Shown in pieces: positions 25,963-38,717 of a stretch of 46,290 nucleotides of DNA. The translations under genes and the position numbers were made by a program. The first letter of the stretch is position 1, and every line of letters begins with the position of its first letter. Source of the stretch: Octopus bimaculoides (lineage: Eukaryota); contig NC_068983.1 of the NCBI RefSeq assembly GCF_001194135.2, positions 71,212,521 to 71,258,810 on the forward strand, written 5' to 3'. The notes beneath the pieces are model-generated. The model did no database searches and had not been told where the DNA came from. It saw only the letters and a list, made by a program, of their open reading frames with translations.

Positions 25963-26477
25963 AATGACTCTTCGTTCCTGTATCGTCTGAGTGAATCCAT
26001 GAAGAAAGCTCGGTTACTTTTACTTTTCCCCCTCCGTTCATAATGTCACGCCAACCAGTAAATTGTCTGAACGCTATTGATCATACCTTTTTCATTGGTA
26101 ACGGATGGATACACTCACTCTAAGATAATGGAAATATTTCCACCATAATCAAAACAAAATACTCATCAATTATGCATTTGCTACATTGCCTAGATTGATT
26201 GATCTGTTCTATTTCATAGCTTTTATTTACAACTAGACACAGCAATAATTGTTCTTATTTACACTAAACATATATGACGAATACGAGTTAAGAAAAGTCT
26301 GAAAATAACCACAGATTTTTCGCTAAAATCTCAGAAAACTGTTTGATTAGTAATGTACACGGGAAAAATATAAGAAAAAATGCAATATGAATTGATGTTT
26401 TATGGCGATGATAAATAAGTTCTATGAAACATTAAATAGAATAGTAATGAGAGAGGAAATAACAGCAGCGAGCAACA

Positions 26478-26524
26478 TCAAAAAACCACATAGTTTAACA
26501 GAGACGTCCAGTTAAACAGAATAT
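26478..26524 (-). mobile_element. Probable continuation of the 27.4-kb PLE endonuclease beyond the maT insertion and gap
   Basis: - strand reads ILFNWTSLLNYVVF*, matching the (E)IL....LLN motif that follows CxLC in the 22.7-kb PLE. Confidence 0.5.
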
Positions 26525-26592
26525 NNNNNNNNNNNNNNNNNNNNNNNNNNNNNNNNNNNNNNNNNNNNNNNNNNNNNNNNNNNNNTATATAT

Positions 26593-27397
26593 AGGATTGT
26601 CTGAATTACGGGAAAATGAAAATAGCACTGACATATCATTTTAAAAGATATATTTACCAAAATTATATAAAAATTACTTGAAATACCGAGAAGTATATTT
26701 ATTCAATAAAATCGCCATTGGCTTCAACCATGGCCACCAGACGACATTGGAATCTCCTGCAGCTCTTCTGGGTAGTCTCCTTGTTTAAGTTGGTGAACGC
26801 TGCCATAATTCTTGCCTTCAGTTCATCTTTGATGTTACAAGGAGTTAGGATGATGCTAGGGATGATATGGTCGCAGAAATTGTCTGACAGCCATGACTGA
26901 GTACTCCAGCTTGTATGACACGGTGCAGAATCCTGTTACTGGACATATGGTCTTCCAGCAGCCGCCCTCTTAATTCAGGGTAGCATTACCTTCTCTAAGC
27001 ACTTGATGTAGATCTCTGTGTTGAGTCTGCAACCTTGTGAGAAGATGAATGGAGATCATCATTAGTGATGACTCCAAATACCATGATATTGACTGGATGT
27101 TTGATTTTTCTCACTCTCGGTACATGTTTTAGGAACACGGCAAGCCAACGGTTGTTCTCTGTGAGCACCATCTGTTTGTACTGGAGATTTCGGCGTGTGA
27201 ATGCCAAGCAGTACAACATGACGTTTCCAAATTTCTTGCTGAGAGAATTGCGTCATGTTGCTGTTTTTTTTTGTTTTTTTTTTTCTCGCAGACAGTGCCC
27301 AACTGACTTTTCTATATTGTGTAGTCGATAAAATCAAAAACAAACAATGCGCTAAATTAAAAATGTAAAATGGCGACAATTTGCCCATCGCACCCTG
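26593..27397 (-). mobile_element. Internally deleted DD37D/maT-like (Tc1/mariner superfamily) transposon
   Basis: TA|CAGGGTGCGATGGGCAAATTGTCGCC terminus at 27397; - strand peptides NNRWLA..KHPVNIMVFGVIT, YIKCLEKVMLP, QDSAPCHTS..TQSWLSDNF, DELKARI..RF..RL.AMVEANGDFIE* (stop 26701-26699); left TIR eroded. Family assignment is from motif recall. Confidence 0.8.
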
Positions 27398-27399
27398 TA

Positions 27400-28230
27400 T
27401 ATATGAGATATTGTCCTTCGTTACAGAGCGGGCAAAAAGGTTTACCTTTATCATATGGAAAGGACCTAGTTAGAATATTCCATTCCAAATCAAATTGTTT
27501 ATTATGTTCCTTTAGATTGTTGCGCTTATTGTTGCAGATTAATGGTTAGATATTCTTTTCAACAACTGAGATGAAGAACTTCCTATGTGAAAAAAGACAT
27601 GAGATACGGAAGTAATTTTACATTTATAAACAGAGTTTCCAGTCTTAGAATTACTGCTAAAGAAATGAATGCGATTCGAATTTATATCAGAAATACTACT
27701 ATAGTTGTTATTATTGTTCAAAGAATGGTTAGTGCTAATAATATCAATGTTATTATTTTCATTAAGTCGATTTGTATTTAACAACTTATTGTTATGCGAA
27801 GAGATGATTTGTAAAGTGATTTTAGTGTTTGGAATAACAACGCTACATCGAAAAATGTAATTTTGCAGCGTAAGGGAGATAACTGTTCTTTAAGTCTCTT
27901 TTTACGTAATAAAAGTAAATCTAGGACTTCTAAAGATAATTACCCTAATAACAAGGTATGACCTAGTAAAACTGTTTGGTTGATAATTCCATATGCTAAG
28001 CAGATCAAATCCAGCATCCCTTACCAGTTTCATGTAGCTATAGATAAGAATTTCTCCCAAAATTCAAGATACCATTCCATTATCAATTCACACAGAATTA
28101 GAATAGGGTTTCCAAACACTAAAATCCCTTCACAAATCATCTCTTCGCATAACTATAAGTTCTTAAATACAAATCGACTTAATGAAAATAATAACATTGA
28201 TATTATTAACACTAACCATTCTTTAAACTA
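27400..28230. mobile_element. Second Penelope-like element remnant with an inverted duplication
   Basis: - arm 27834-27400: IPNTK..QIISSHNNKLL..SVYKCKI..HIGSS..KRISNH, then (frameshift) LKEHNKQFDLEWNIL..PYDKGKPFCPLCNE (CPLC 27434-27423). + arm 27977-28228: VWLIIPY..AIDKNF..RIRIGF..IISSHN. 27716-27834 is the reverse complement of 28110-28228 with few mismatches. Confidence 0.85.
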
Positions 28231-28280
28231 CTTGACAGCAGGTGTTGGTATGTTCACATCTATGTAAAATAAAAACATAA

Positions 28281-28385
28281 AAAGTACCAGACTTGAAAAC
28301 AAAAGATTAAGAGCTGGTGTCGATTTGTTCGATTAAAGGAAACTGTGCTCCAGCATGATGACAATTCAATGACCGAAATAAGTCA
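28281..28385 (+). mobile_element. 3' tail fragment of SINE family C
   Basis: AAGTACCAG..GGTGTCGATTTGTTCGATTAAAGG..GTGCTCCAGCATG..AATGACCGAAA. Confidence 0.6.
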
Positions 28386-28693
28386 TTATTGATTTTATTT
28401 ATTTTTTACATTTACTATAACTACTTTACTTTTACTCTATCCCTTCATGCATTTTGTCAACATTTTGGATGGTCAATTCCCTGAACTTAGATCCAGTATC
28501 GTAATTTATATGAAACAATATATCTTCATTTTACTGACTTTCCCAAACTAATTCTATCTAGTCCTGATCTTCCATACATCGCATATATAAAGAGAAAATT
28601 TTGGAGTTGAATCATTGGTAGAACCATGTCGTTCTGGTGATCTGATGAGTCAGCTTTCTTTATCTGCACTGATTTCTTAATATACAATTGTAT

Positions 28694-28899
28694 CAAAGCG
28701 GGGGGCTGGCAGAAACGTTAGAACGCCGGGTGAAATGCTTAGCCGTATATCGTCTGTCTTTACGTTCTGAGTTCAAATTCCACCCAGGTTGACTTTACCT
28801 TTCGGGGTCGATAAATTAAGTACCAGTTACGTACTGGAGTCGGTCTAATCGACTGGCCCCTCCCCCAAAATGTCGGGCCTTGTGCCTAGAGTAGAAAAG
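28694..28899 (+). mobile_element. Full-length SINE family A copy with a 15-bp TSD
   Basis: GCTGGCAGAAACGTTAG head; B-box GTTCAAATTC at 28771-80; TSD AATATACAATTGTAT at 28679-28693 and 28900-28914. Confidence 0.92.
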
Positions 28900-29244
28900 A
28901 ATATACAATTGTATTGTATAGTGCATAGCGTACATGTTACTGCAGACATGTAAACATAATTTATTATACATGTAGACGGCGGAACGGCTGTAATCCTGAA
29001 GATAACAAGTGTTTAAATAAATAAATTCACCGCTCATACCCGCTCACGTTTTATGGTTTCTATATTCCTCATGAAATAATTTCATCGATCGGTTCTTCTA
29101 TATTTCAGCTGCAGGTCATTTTGCATTATATCCTTCTTTATTGGATTATTATGTGCTCTGTTATTCGGGTCCGCTAGAAGAGCTTTCTGAGACAAGCAAA
29201 CTATTCGATGAATCCGATGAAACCATATACTACACTACAAATTT

Positions 29245-29260
29245 ATTTATATATATATAT

Positions 29261-29291
<31 letters not shown>

Positions 29292-29709
29292 NNNNNNNNN
29301 NNNNNNNNNNNNNNNNNNNNNNNNNNNNNNNNNNNNNNNNNNNNNNNNNNNNNNNNNNNNNNNNNNNNNNNNNNNNNNNNNNNNNNNNNNNNNNNNNNNN
29401 NNNNNNNNNNNNNNNNNNNNNNNNNNNNNNNNNNNNNNNNNNNNNNNNNNNNNNNNNNNNNNNNNNNNNNNNNNNNNNNNNNNNNNNNNNNNNNNNNNNN
29501 NNNNNNNNNNNNNNNNNNNNNNNNNNNNNNNNNNNNNNNNNNNNNNNNNNNNNNNNNNNNNNNNNNNNNNNNNNNNNNNNNNNNNNNNNNNNNNNNNNNN
29601 NNNNNNNNNNNNNNNNNNNNNNNNNNNNNNNNNNNNNNNNNNNNNNNNNNNNNNNNNNNNCAGGCAGAAAGACAGGCAGACAGACAGGCAGGCAGACAGA
29701 CAGGCAGTC

Positions 29710-29760
<51 letters not shown>

Positions 29761-29785
29761 CGCATATACATACATACATACATAC
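29245..29785. repeat. Compound (TA)/(CAGG-CAGA)/(GATA)/(TACA) microsatellite spanning gap 29292-29660
   Basis: Direct reading. Confidence 0.85.
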
Positions 29786-32700
29786 ATAAAAATGCGCAGA
29801 CACACACTCACACACATGTATATATTACTTTATTATTGTTTCGCTACATTATGCAGATATAATCCATCTCTTGCCATTATTATTTCATATGAAATCATTT
29901 CAATTCTTAAAAATAATTGGAATTATTTATTAAGAGTGAATGAAAAGTGATCTTCTGAAATAATTATGGCAAACACAGTTTTCTTATCCTTCAAATGCTT
30001 GATAGCTAAATGTTACATCAGTCACTTTAAGTACCCAATGCTAGCACGCTGAAAACTAACAAAGCTATTTTTATTGTCGTTTATTTCAATTATTTAAGGT
30101 TTGCATTCATACTTTCTAAATAAATGAAAGACAATCAGAAAACTAGCAAGCAATTAATTTTAGCATGGTTCTCAAATACATCGAAGACGTTGCCTAGTAT
30201 CATTATTTCTTTGATTAAAAAATGCTCACAAACAACTAGAAAGAAAGACATTTTACATTCTGCACTATTTAGTTAATCTTCAGAAGTAATTTAGATATCG
30301 AAGTGTCCTGGATATTCTTTAATAATCTTCTGACATACTGTATATTATGCTCATCTCATTTTCATGCATTTGTTATTATTTTGCTTGTATTTATTTCATG
30401 CATAGTAAAAATCTTTTGACATCATATTCAATAAAGTTGTCACAACAAAATCGTTTACAAATAAATTGAAAGTGAAAAGTGGAGGCCAATTACAATCTAT
30501 TCGTGGTTGAAACTCTAAATTCAAAATTTATATATTTATTGCAATTTCAACTAATTAACGCTATTAAATATGCAATTCAAATAAATATAGTATACTGGAC
30601 GTTAAGTTTATATTTTCAACTCTCGCTGTTGATTGCAAAACAGATTAAAAGACAAATTTTCACTGACATCTGACATATTAGAATGGGAATTTATTTCATT
30701 ATTATATTCTTAAAAAATATCGTTTACTTTTCAACGTACATTTTGTGCTTAATAGAAAAATAAAATAATTATTTCTCAATTTTATTTTGCATTGTCCAGC
30801 AGAGAACAATTTATATCTTGATACGTAATAGTCCAGAGAAATAATATTCATTATTGAAACTTTTTACGGTTTTCATCAAAGATCAACATAACGCTCATGA
30901 TTTGATAGTTTTATTTCAGTGAAAATTTTCATTATTTTATTTGCCCACAAATAAAAATGATTATTATTTTTAGCTTAAGTTTCAAATATCGAACCAACGT
31001 CATATTTAATAATGATGTTTGTTGTTTGAAAATAGCAATAAATAAAACTTATTTAAAAGAACTTCACAGTTCGAGAGATACAGCTTGATTAAAATACTAG
31101 CTTCAAAAAATCAACTTGTCGATATATCTCGTAGTCCGAACGTTTAAGCAACTGGTAATATAAATAAGGTTAAACCGAAAATAGTTTGCTGCTGGTTGGA
31201 ACTTTAATTTTTAAGTAAACACTTTATAGAGCGGTAGCTGACAGAAAACCTATCGGTAGAAGCTATTGGAGTCAAATCTGGTTGTAACCATATAAAATTT
31301 GGATAGGTTCACTGATTGATTCTGCTGTAGGTTAATATTATGCAGCTTATGTAACTGTTACCTTGAAAAGGGTTTTGTGATTCTTGTAATGTGCTATAGT
31401 TTAACCACAGATCAGTTCCGATTTTGTAGACCAACCCTCAAAGACATTCTAATTCTGAACATCTTGTTTTCTGTATATATAGGATCTTCACGTTCACAAC
31501 TGGATGTGATTTGAACGAATTTGATTGCCGCAGATAGCTGGACACATAGGCTCCTCAGTTGACCTTCAATTACTTTATCCATATATATTCTATCTTATTG
31601 ACAACTTGTGGTTTATGATAGCTTTGAATTGATTTAGTTTCTCTGCGAATTTTTATCAATCGATGATATATTTTGCAGGTGTGTTTTGCAAAAAGAACCA
31701 CCATTACATAGTGAAATACTTTACTTTAAAATTGTTTATATTTAACCATTACCTATATTTAAATGGTTCCTACTGAGAAAGCAAACAATTTATAATGGAG
31801 TATATATTTCTTAAAGCAATGTTTCCTCTTTGTCCATAATATATAGATCTTATATTATTGACGACACTAGGTGACATATAAATGTCACATTGTGACATTA
31901 ATGAAAAAAACGGAGCAATCAAGATTGTAAGCAATGATTTTATGAACAAATGCAAATAACAAATTTTCAGAGGAATTTCTTGGTAATAGTTTCTATGGTT
32001 TCTATGAAAATTCAGCCATATTAATTTACAAGTTTCACTTTCTGCTCACTCCCAGTAGAGTAGTGTATTTTACAGCTATTGTTTGGACGAGTAGTTTCTT
32101 CGGCATTTTTCTTCACCCACAACCGTTTACTTTGCACTCATATGCTGAAGATATCGCAATCTTTTATTTGGTTTACATTAAACATATTTTGTTTTTGCTT
32201 TCGGAGTAGTTCTCTAGAAGCTTATATTGTCATCAACAAAGATCTCCACTAATAAGAGGATTAAGTTTAACTAGTATTGCTGACATCAAATATATCTTTA
32301 AAATAATTGTTCTTGTTAAGACTCTGGATAGTTCTGATCGAGCACACTTATGACGAAACCATGTGTGTGTGTGTGTGTAATGTATCTTTGACCATATTAT
32401 CCAGTGCCTTCATAGTTTTAAAAAAAAAGTAGAATGCAAGAGGAAATCTGGCTTCCATAGGCAAGATAATTTGCAAGATAATTTTCGTAACAATGCTATT
32501 GATATTGTCTTTGTGCTTGTTTGTTTTATGGTTGTTTGTTTTTTTATAAATAATTAATTAGTGAACTAAATAGTGAATTACTAAATAACAATACAGTATT
32601 TAAAGTTGATGCATCAGATAAACATTGTCGTGTAATGTTCAGTATTGTCTTCTCCAGTAGTAACGGTCACGAGCGCAAAGCATCGAACTTGCAACCACGA

Positions 32701-33319
32701 GATTGCAAAGGAAATTTCTTAATCACAAAAGCATGTCCTGGCGGAAGGGAGACCGCAGCTGGTGCTTATGCATAGTAATTTAAGTATCTGCTGACTCCAT
32801 ATGTCTAATCTTTACTGTGACATATTCGGGTGCTGCTGGAATCGCATGATTTCGTAACAATATGCCTTTACATAATATGCCAGTCGGAATCTAGCCGAAA
32901 GATTTTTATATGTAGAGAACATTTGAATACTTTTAAAATGCCATCGCTATGTAAGCTAGCTATTGCGGACACAAAAGGTGAATGAATAAATGGATAATAA
33001 TGATTATAGCGTGTTACAACTGAATCTAGTGCCATGTAGAAACAAGATATTTCAGTTCAACATGTAACAAAGTATTATGAAATGTAGTTGGCGTGATGTT
33101 TGAATAAATCAATAGTGTTAGCCAGCAGTTGAATGAAAGGACGTTTTCGGGCATTTGTTGTTAGAAATGTGTTACATAAAAATTATATGAAGACAAGACT
33201 TCACTAATGAAGGATAGATTATATCAGTAGTAATAATATCATAAAAAAGAAAACTTTAATAGTACTAAGTATGACTTAATATACCTTGTAATAGCTCAAC
33301 TAATTTCTATCCGCACGTG

Positions 33320-33470
33320 GTAGGTGAGTTGGTGGTTGATGAACAGAGTCGTCAGAATGTAGGAACAAAATACCTAATATATACCGTTATTTACTTACGA
33401 TCCTTTTTGTTCTAAGATCAAATCCCACCGAGGCCCTCGTGGTCGATGAAATAAAGTTCTAGTTACTAGA
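33320..33470 (+). mobile_element. Very degenerate SINE family A-like copy
   Basis: CAGAGTCGTCAG..GTTCTAAGATCAAATCCCACCGAGG..GGTCGATGAAATAAAG. Confidence 0.45.
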
Positions 33471-33860
33471 GTACTAGAGTTTGTAAATATTACCATAATG
33501 CAGCTATGATGTGGGTTGAATTAAATAGAAGGCAGTTGTTTTGTTTTTATTATACATCTGATCATATCACTTTTGAAAATGATAGAAATATAATTACTAA
33601 ATCAAATTTTATTTCTAGAAAACAAAACAAAAAAGAATGTGACATATTCATTCAGTGGCGGCTTTAAATCTTAAAGTGTGAGTTTCAACACTAGTTTAGT
33701 AAAATCGTTCTTTCACGGCATGAAGGTGTGATGTGTGTGTGTGTGTGTGTGTGTGTATGTATATATATATATATATATATGCGTAATTAGGATGAATTCG
33801 TTATTTAATGTTACCAGTGGTCAGCATACTAAAAAATATCATAATGGTTAATTAATATTT

Positions 33861-34438
33861 ATATTAAAATTATAAGGGTGTTGAATGATTACGCCAGTCT
33901 ACTAGAAATAGACCCCAAATGGTCTATGAGCCACTTAGATTATTTATCCACTACACAAGGTTGTAAGCCAGGAAAATAAACTGCGCGGATTTGTAAAATA
34001 ATTTGAATAGTACCATATCTATAGATTTCACGGTATGAGTTATTAAAAACCCTTTCCGTTCATCAGTGGCAACATACCAAACGTAAATAAATGAAAACTA
34101 CATTATACACACCGCTTGGCAACATACCAATCGTAAATAATTGAAAAATACATTATACATACCGCCATGGCAGTATGTATAATGTTTTTTTCATTTATTT
34201 ACGTTCGGTATGTAGCCACTGATGATCGGAAAGGGTTTTTCATAACTCATGCTGTGAAATCTATAGATAAGGTACTATTCAAATCATTTTATAAATCCTC
34301 GCTGTCTATTTTCCTCGTTTACAACCTTGTTTTAGTGGAGTAATAACCTAAGTGGTTCATAGACCATTCGGAGTCTATTTTTCACAGACTGGTGTTGATA
34401 ATCATTCAAAACCCTTATTATAATATTTATTTTAATAT
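33861..34438. mobile_element. Spacer-less foldback (palindromic) element, MITE-like
   Basis: Left arm is the reverse complement of the right arm along its length; centre GCCATGGC at 34164-34171; termini TAAGGGT(G/T)TTGAATGATT at 33873 and 34417; 50-bp tandem duplication in the left arm (34067-34116 / 34117-34166). Confidence 0.85.
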
Positions 34439-34814
34439 ATATATATATATATCAAACAAGGAGCAAAGTAAGGTGCCACACGCAACCAAAACTTGGACTT
34501 AGTTGTGAGTTCCACACTCGATTCCCCCACTCCAGTATCCAGCGTAGTAACACGTACGGCATGTACCTAAAGATAAGCTAGTGTGCAGGCTACAAGTCAA
34601 ATAATACATAGAATAATAAATTGCAGATAAACTGGTATGATATTCAATGTTTTATGGGACATAAATGCGTTTCAACGAAATACTGAAATAATTACATAAC
34701 ACTTGTAGAAACATTATGCGTTACCATATTAGTGTCCAGCACTTTGCTGAAACAAATTTACATCGTATAAAGCATTGAAAACCACACTTGTTTTATAGAT
34801 AAAACAAGTTTCCT

Positions 34815-34940
34815 TCCTGGTTCAGTCCCACTTCGTGACACTTGGGACAACTGTCTTCTAAATAAGCCGTGGGCTGACTAACGCCTTGTGTGTCGATTTG
34901 GTAGGCGGAAACTGGAAAGAAACCTGTCGTATATGTACAA

Positions 34941-35011
<71 letters not shown>

Positions 35012-35255
35012 TGTGTGTGCTTGTGTATGTGAGTGCATGTGTATATGTACCTTAGTGCCAGTTTTGCCCTCCCCACCTCCACTGCTCGACGACCGGTGTT
35101 AATACATATACCTCCTTGTAATTTAGCGATTCTGCAAAAACGACCGAAAGAACAAGTACCAAGTTTTAAAAAATAAGTACTGGGGTGCGACTAAATTTTC
35201 TCAAGGTGTATTTTTACATGATCGCAGTCTAATGACTGAAGCAAGTAAAAATAGA
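34815..35255 (+). mobile_element. SINE family C copy with internal (TA)(TG)n
   Basis: GGTTCAGTCCCAC (B-box-like)..GCCTTGTGTG..GGTAGGCGGAAACT, then (TG)n, then ..AAGTACC..AATAAGTACTGGGG..CGCAGTCTAATGACTGAAGCAAGTAAAA. Confidence 0.85.
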
Positions 35256-35644
35256 ATATAAGAGTTATGTGTGTGTATATAAGTGTAAGCATGTCTATAC
35301 GTATGCAAATATATACATGCATATTTACATGTATTTATGTATGTATATGTGCGTGCCTGAGCGTGGTCGTATTTATATCTTCCTCTGGTCTGTAACACCA
35401 CTGAAAGCAACCACGAGTGGAAAATGTGTAGACGTCAGCGAAACCCACTAACTTTCGAACGTTCTTATATCATTCTAGACCAAAAAATGTAGCGCATTTG
35501 TGTCGGGCTTTGAAACATGTAACCAACGATGCTAATCAACAGAAATTGCGAAATAAAATGAATAAATTTTTAAAAATTGACGCCTGATAACTGGGTACCA
35601 CGTAACGAAAATTAAAACTTCAAATGTTAATTTTACAATACTCT

Positions 35645-35862
35645 AAGGCGGCGAGCTAGCAGAATCATTAGCACACCGGGTCAAATGCTTAGTGGTATTT
35701 TGTCCATCTGTCTGTCCTGAACTCAGATTCTGTCGAGTCCGAATTCCCCTTTCATTTTTTGGGGTTCAATAAAATAAGTATCAGCTGAACACTGGAATCG
35801 ATGTCATCAACTTAGCCCTTCCCCGAAATTACTGGGCTCGTACCAAATTTGAAACTAATATT
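35645..35862 (+). mobile_element. SINE family A copy
   Basis: AAGGCGGCGAGCTAGCAGAATCATTAGCACACCGGG..AAATGCTTAG..CTTTCAT..AATAAAATAAGTA..CCAAATTTGAAAC. Confidence 0.85.
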
Positions 35863-37623
35863 ACCAAACTTTGAAGATACTCAACGAGAAACTCCATTTA
35901 ATGAATTATAACCTTTTCAGCTTCCAGTAAGTGAAACAGGTTGTTGTCAAAACATGGATAATTTTTAGAAAAATTTCCACTCTAACATCGGAAGAAACTC
36001 ATTTGAGTAATTCCAAACTTTTCTCTACACACTGGTATTCGATTTCCTATTACAATATACACCATTGCCTTATTCTAAAAGAACTGCAGTATACCATTAC
36101 ACTTCTACGCCGAATTAATTAAACGAATTATACAACTATAAAATTGTTTATGAGAACCGCTTTTACGAAACTGACCCATACTAAAAATTTCAATCTTTCA
36201 ATAACCTTCAAATTTCTGGCGTGGTATCATACTCTCAGCTGCACCTAATAAGAAAAATATAAACTTAGTCAAATCAGCACAGAAAGGTGTGCGTAACCAT
36301 TCGACTTGCTAGAATAGTTAGCAAATTTCCCTCCAATTACCCCCGAAACTATTGAAGAGGAGACATATACAATAGATAATTTAGACCTAGAACCATTTCG
36401 TCTCAAAATATATCACGGAGTGCTTAAAGCTAGAATAACTGGAATAGCATATTACGGGAGACTAACAATAATACAGAATATCAAACAACTAGCTCCATGG
36501 ATAAATATAACGTATATTCAAGCTCTGCAAGGTATCTTCATGTCTGTTTTTCATCCAAATCAAAATCTTTTCAGAGATACCTCAGGATGGTAGCTAACGC
36601 TAAATATACTTCTTTCTATCGGGAAGATTTTCTGTTTTCCAGCCATTAAATATGGTCACCTACAAGAGTTCTCATGCCATTATTCTTTGGTAACAAAACC
36701 TTCCTTTCTTTTCCCTTACAGCCAACCATTATACAAGGTATATTCACATATAATAGGATCATAATATGTATTCAATCATTCACCTTATAACAGAATATTA
36801 AGTACTTTGAAAGAACTTCATATACTTCAAATTTCAAGTCCCTTTAAGAGTACAATAGAAATTCAATAGTAAAAGAATCTTCTTTCGAAATTATCCGATC
36901 CCTTTCGATAAGAAGATAATCTTCGATGAACTAAGTGATCTCTCTCGTATGTTTTAACACCTGCCACTGGTTTTAAATTGATCGGTTAAAAGCAATTTAA
37001 ACTTGCCCAACGATCATACAGTAAATCAACCCGGGAAGCGTATCAACTGAATAATCTGATATCAAAGAAGATGACACGTTGGAACCTATTGATAATTTCT
37101 ATATTTCTTGAACCAGGAATCTTCTGAACTTTTAGAAACTCTGTTCTTTATATGTTTCAATTTACTAACATGCCCGCTTCACTCAGAAAATCGTTAAAGT
37201 AGTTTTCATCAAAGAATATTCAAGAGGACCTTCCATTTATATAGCAATAAAGCTGTCGGCTTTTTATGACAGTGATACGATTGATCAATGCTTCAGCAAG
37301 AAGAAATGTTGAAAACATAGCGTAAAATATTGATGGTTTTAAACAATATGTTAGAAACACCTTAAATCCCCTCCTACTCAATTAACTGATCAGTTCAGTT
37401 TCCTAGTTCAAATCACTTTCAAATACAATGCAAATTACATTGTGGCGATTAAACTGATATTTGGATTCAAATGTCATACCACAGTGAAGACAAGCTAAAT
37501 ATTAACAACAGACACCTTTACCATGTTTTCTGTTGGTTTAACATTAAATCTATATAACCGTGTAGATAAATTTTCCTATGTTTAAAAGTTGTTCATTGTA
37601 ACTCTCTTAGTGTCTAACTCATT

Positions 37624-38522
37624 CTAGAAGTGAATCAATGAACTCACCCTGTTCTCTCCTAATTAATGTGTGATTGAGGATCTCAGGCCGATTTACGCCA
37701 GTTTATTTAATTTTGTTTAGTCTAGTGAGCATAATGACTAAGAATGTTTCAGTTCTTGGAATAGATTATCAACGTGTAATTAATCTGTATAAACTCGCAG
37801 TTGTAGATCTATAAATGTAGTGAAGCCAAGATTTAATGTCGAATTTGTGAAGTTTTCACCTAAAATTTGTGAAGTTTCCACCTAAAATTAGGTTCTATAC
37901 ACAATATTTCACAGTTTCAAGTCATTAGAAATAACTAAAGACAGATCCCCGCGAGAACGGAATGAGTTAACATACATATTTTATATTCTGTTTCTAGGAA
38001 TTTTGACCATGCTTCTCTTATATACATAATACATAAAAGAGATTTTGCAATAAATCTCCTTATGATTTCATCGTTACACTTCTTGTAACAAAAACTGTTA
38101 ATACATGATATAGTAATAGGATCATCGTAACTATAGCACAATTATAACACCCCCACGAAATATTTACCATGTTCATAACATAAAATTCCATATTTGTTTT
38201 CGTATTTATGGTATTCAAAGTATGTACAATACTATGTAATTATGTGAAACAAGAAGATGCATATATATCCCAGAAGAATCCGATGCAATTTAGAAGTTGA
38301 ACTTCATGAGTTTAAAGCTTATACCTTCTTCTTTAAGCGTATAACATCCTAGAAAAGAATCAATGAACTCACATAATCCCCCACTAACTGAAATAATTGC
38401 AATCAAGGTTCTTAGTATTATATGCTGATTGTGAAAGTTTACTTAATTTTGTTTAATCAGTCTTGTGAACTTAATGACTAGATGTTTCAATTTTCGAAAT
38501 ATGTGATCAACGCATGATTAAT
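37624..38522. repeat. Diverged direct repeat pair (37624-37784 and 38349-38522)
   Basis: Shared blocks CTAGAA..GAATCAATGAACTCAC, GTTTA.TTAATTTTGTTTA, TAATGACTA..ATGTTTCA.TT, TCAACG...ATTAAT. Confidence 0.7.
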
Positions 38523-38686
38523 TTGACAAAGTTCATTTAGCCTCTTAAGTCAATTAAAATCTCATTGCAGCTTCAGCTTTAGGTGATGGGGAAAATAATA
38601 CACTATATTATTCGAAAACTTATCGTAGATATTTAACAGCTTAAAATTTATTTCTAGTTTTTACATTGAATCATAAGCGTGTGTGA

Positions 38687-38717
<31 letters not shown>

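Noticed and set aside
28642-28648. CTGATGA hammerhead half-core (similar hits at ~2900, 14392, 28996, 32146, 39772, 41722)
   Set aside because: No correctly placed stem II plus GAAA.
34219-34232. CTGATGA-TCG-GAAA in the foldback element (mirrored in the left arm)
   Set aside because: Only 3 nt separate the cores (no stem II), and no stem I partner or UH site follows.
36722-36737. Candidate 16-nt micro-exon (polypyrimidine-TTACAG / AAG|GTATAT)
   Set aside because: Splice-like signals alone are common, with no recognisable peptide or neighbouring exons; needs RNA-seq.
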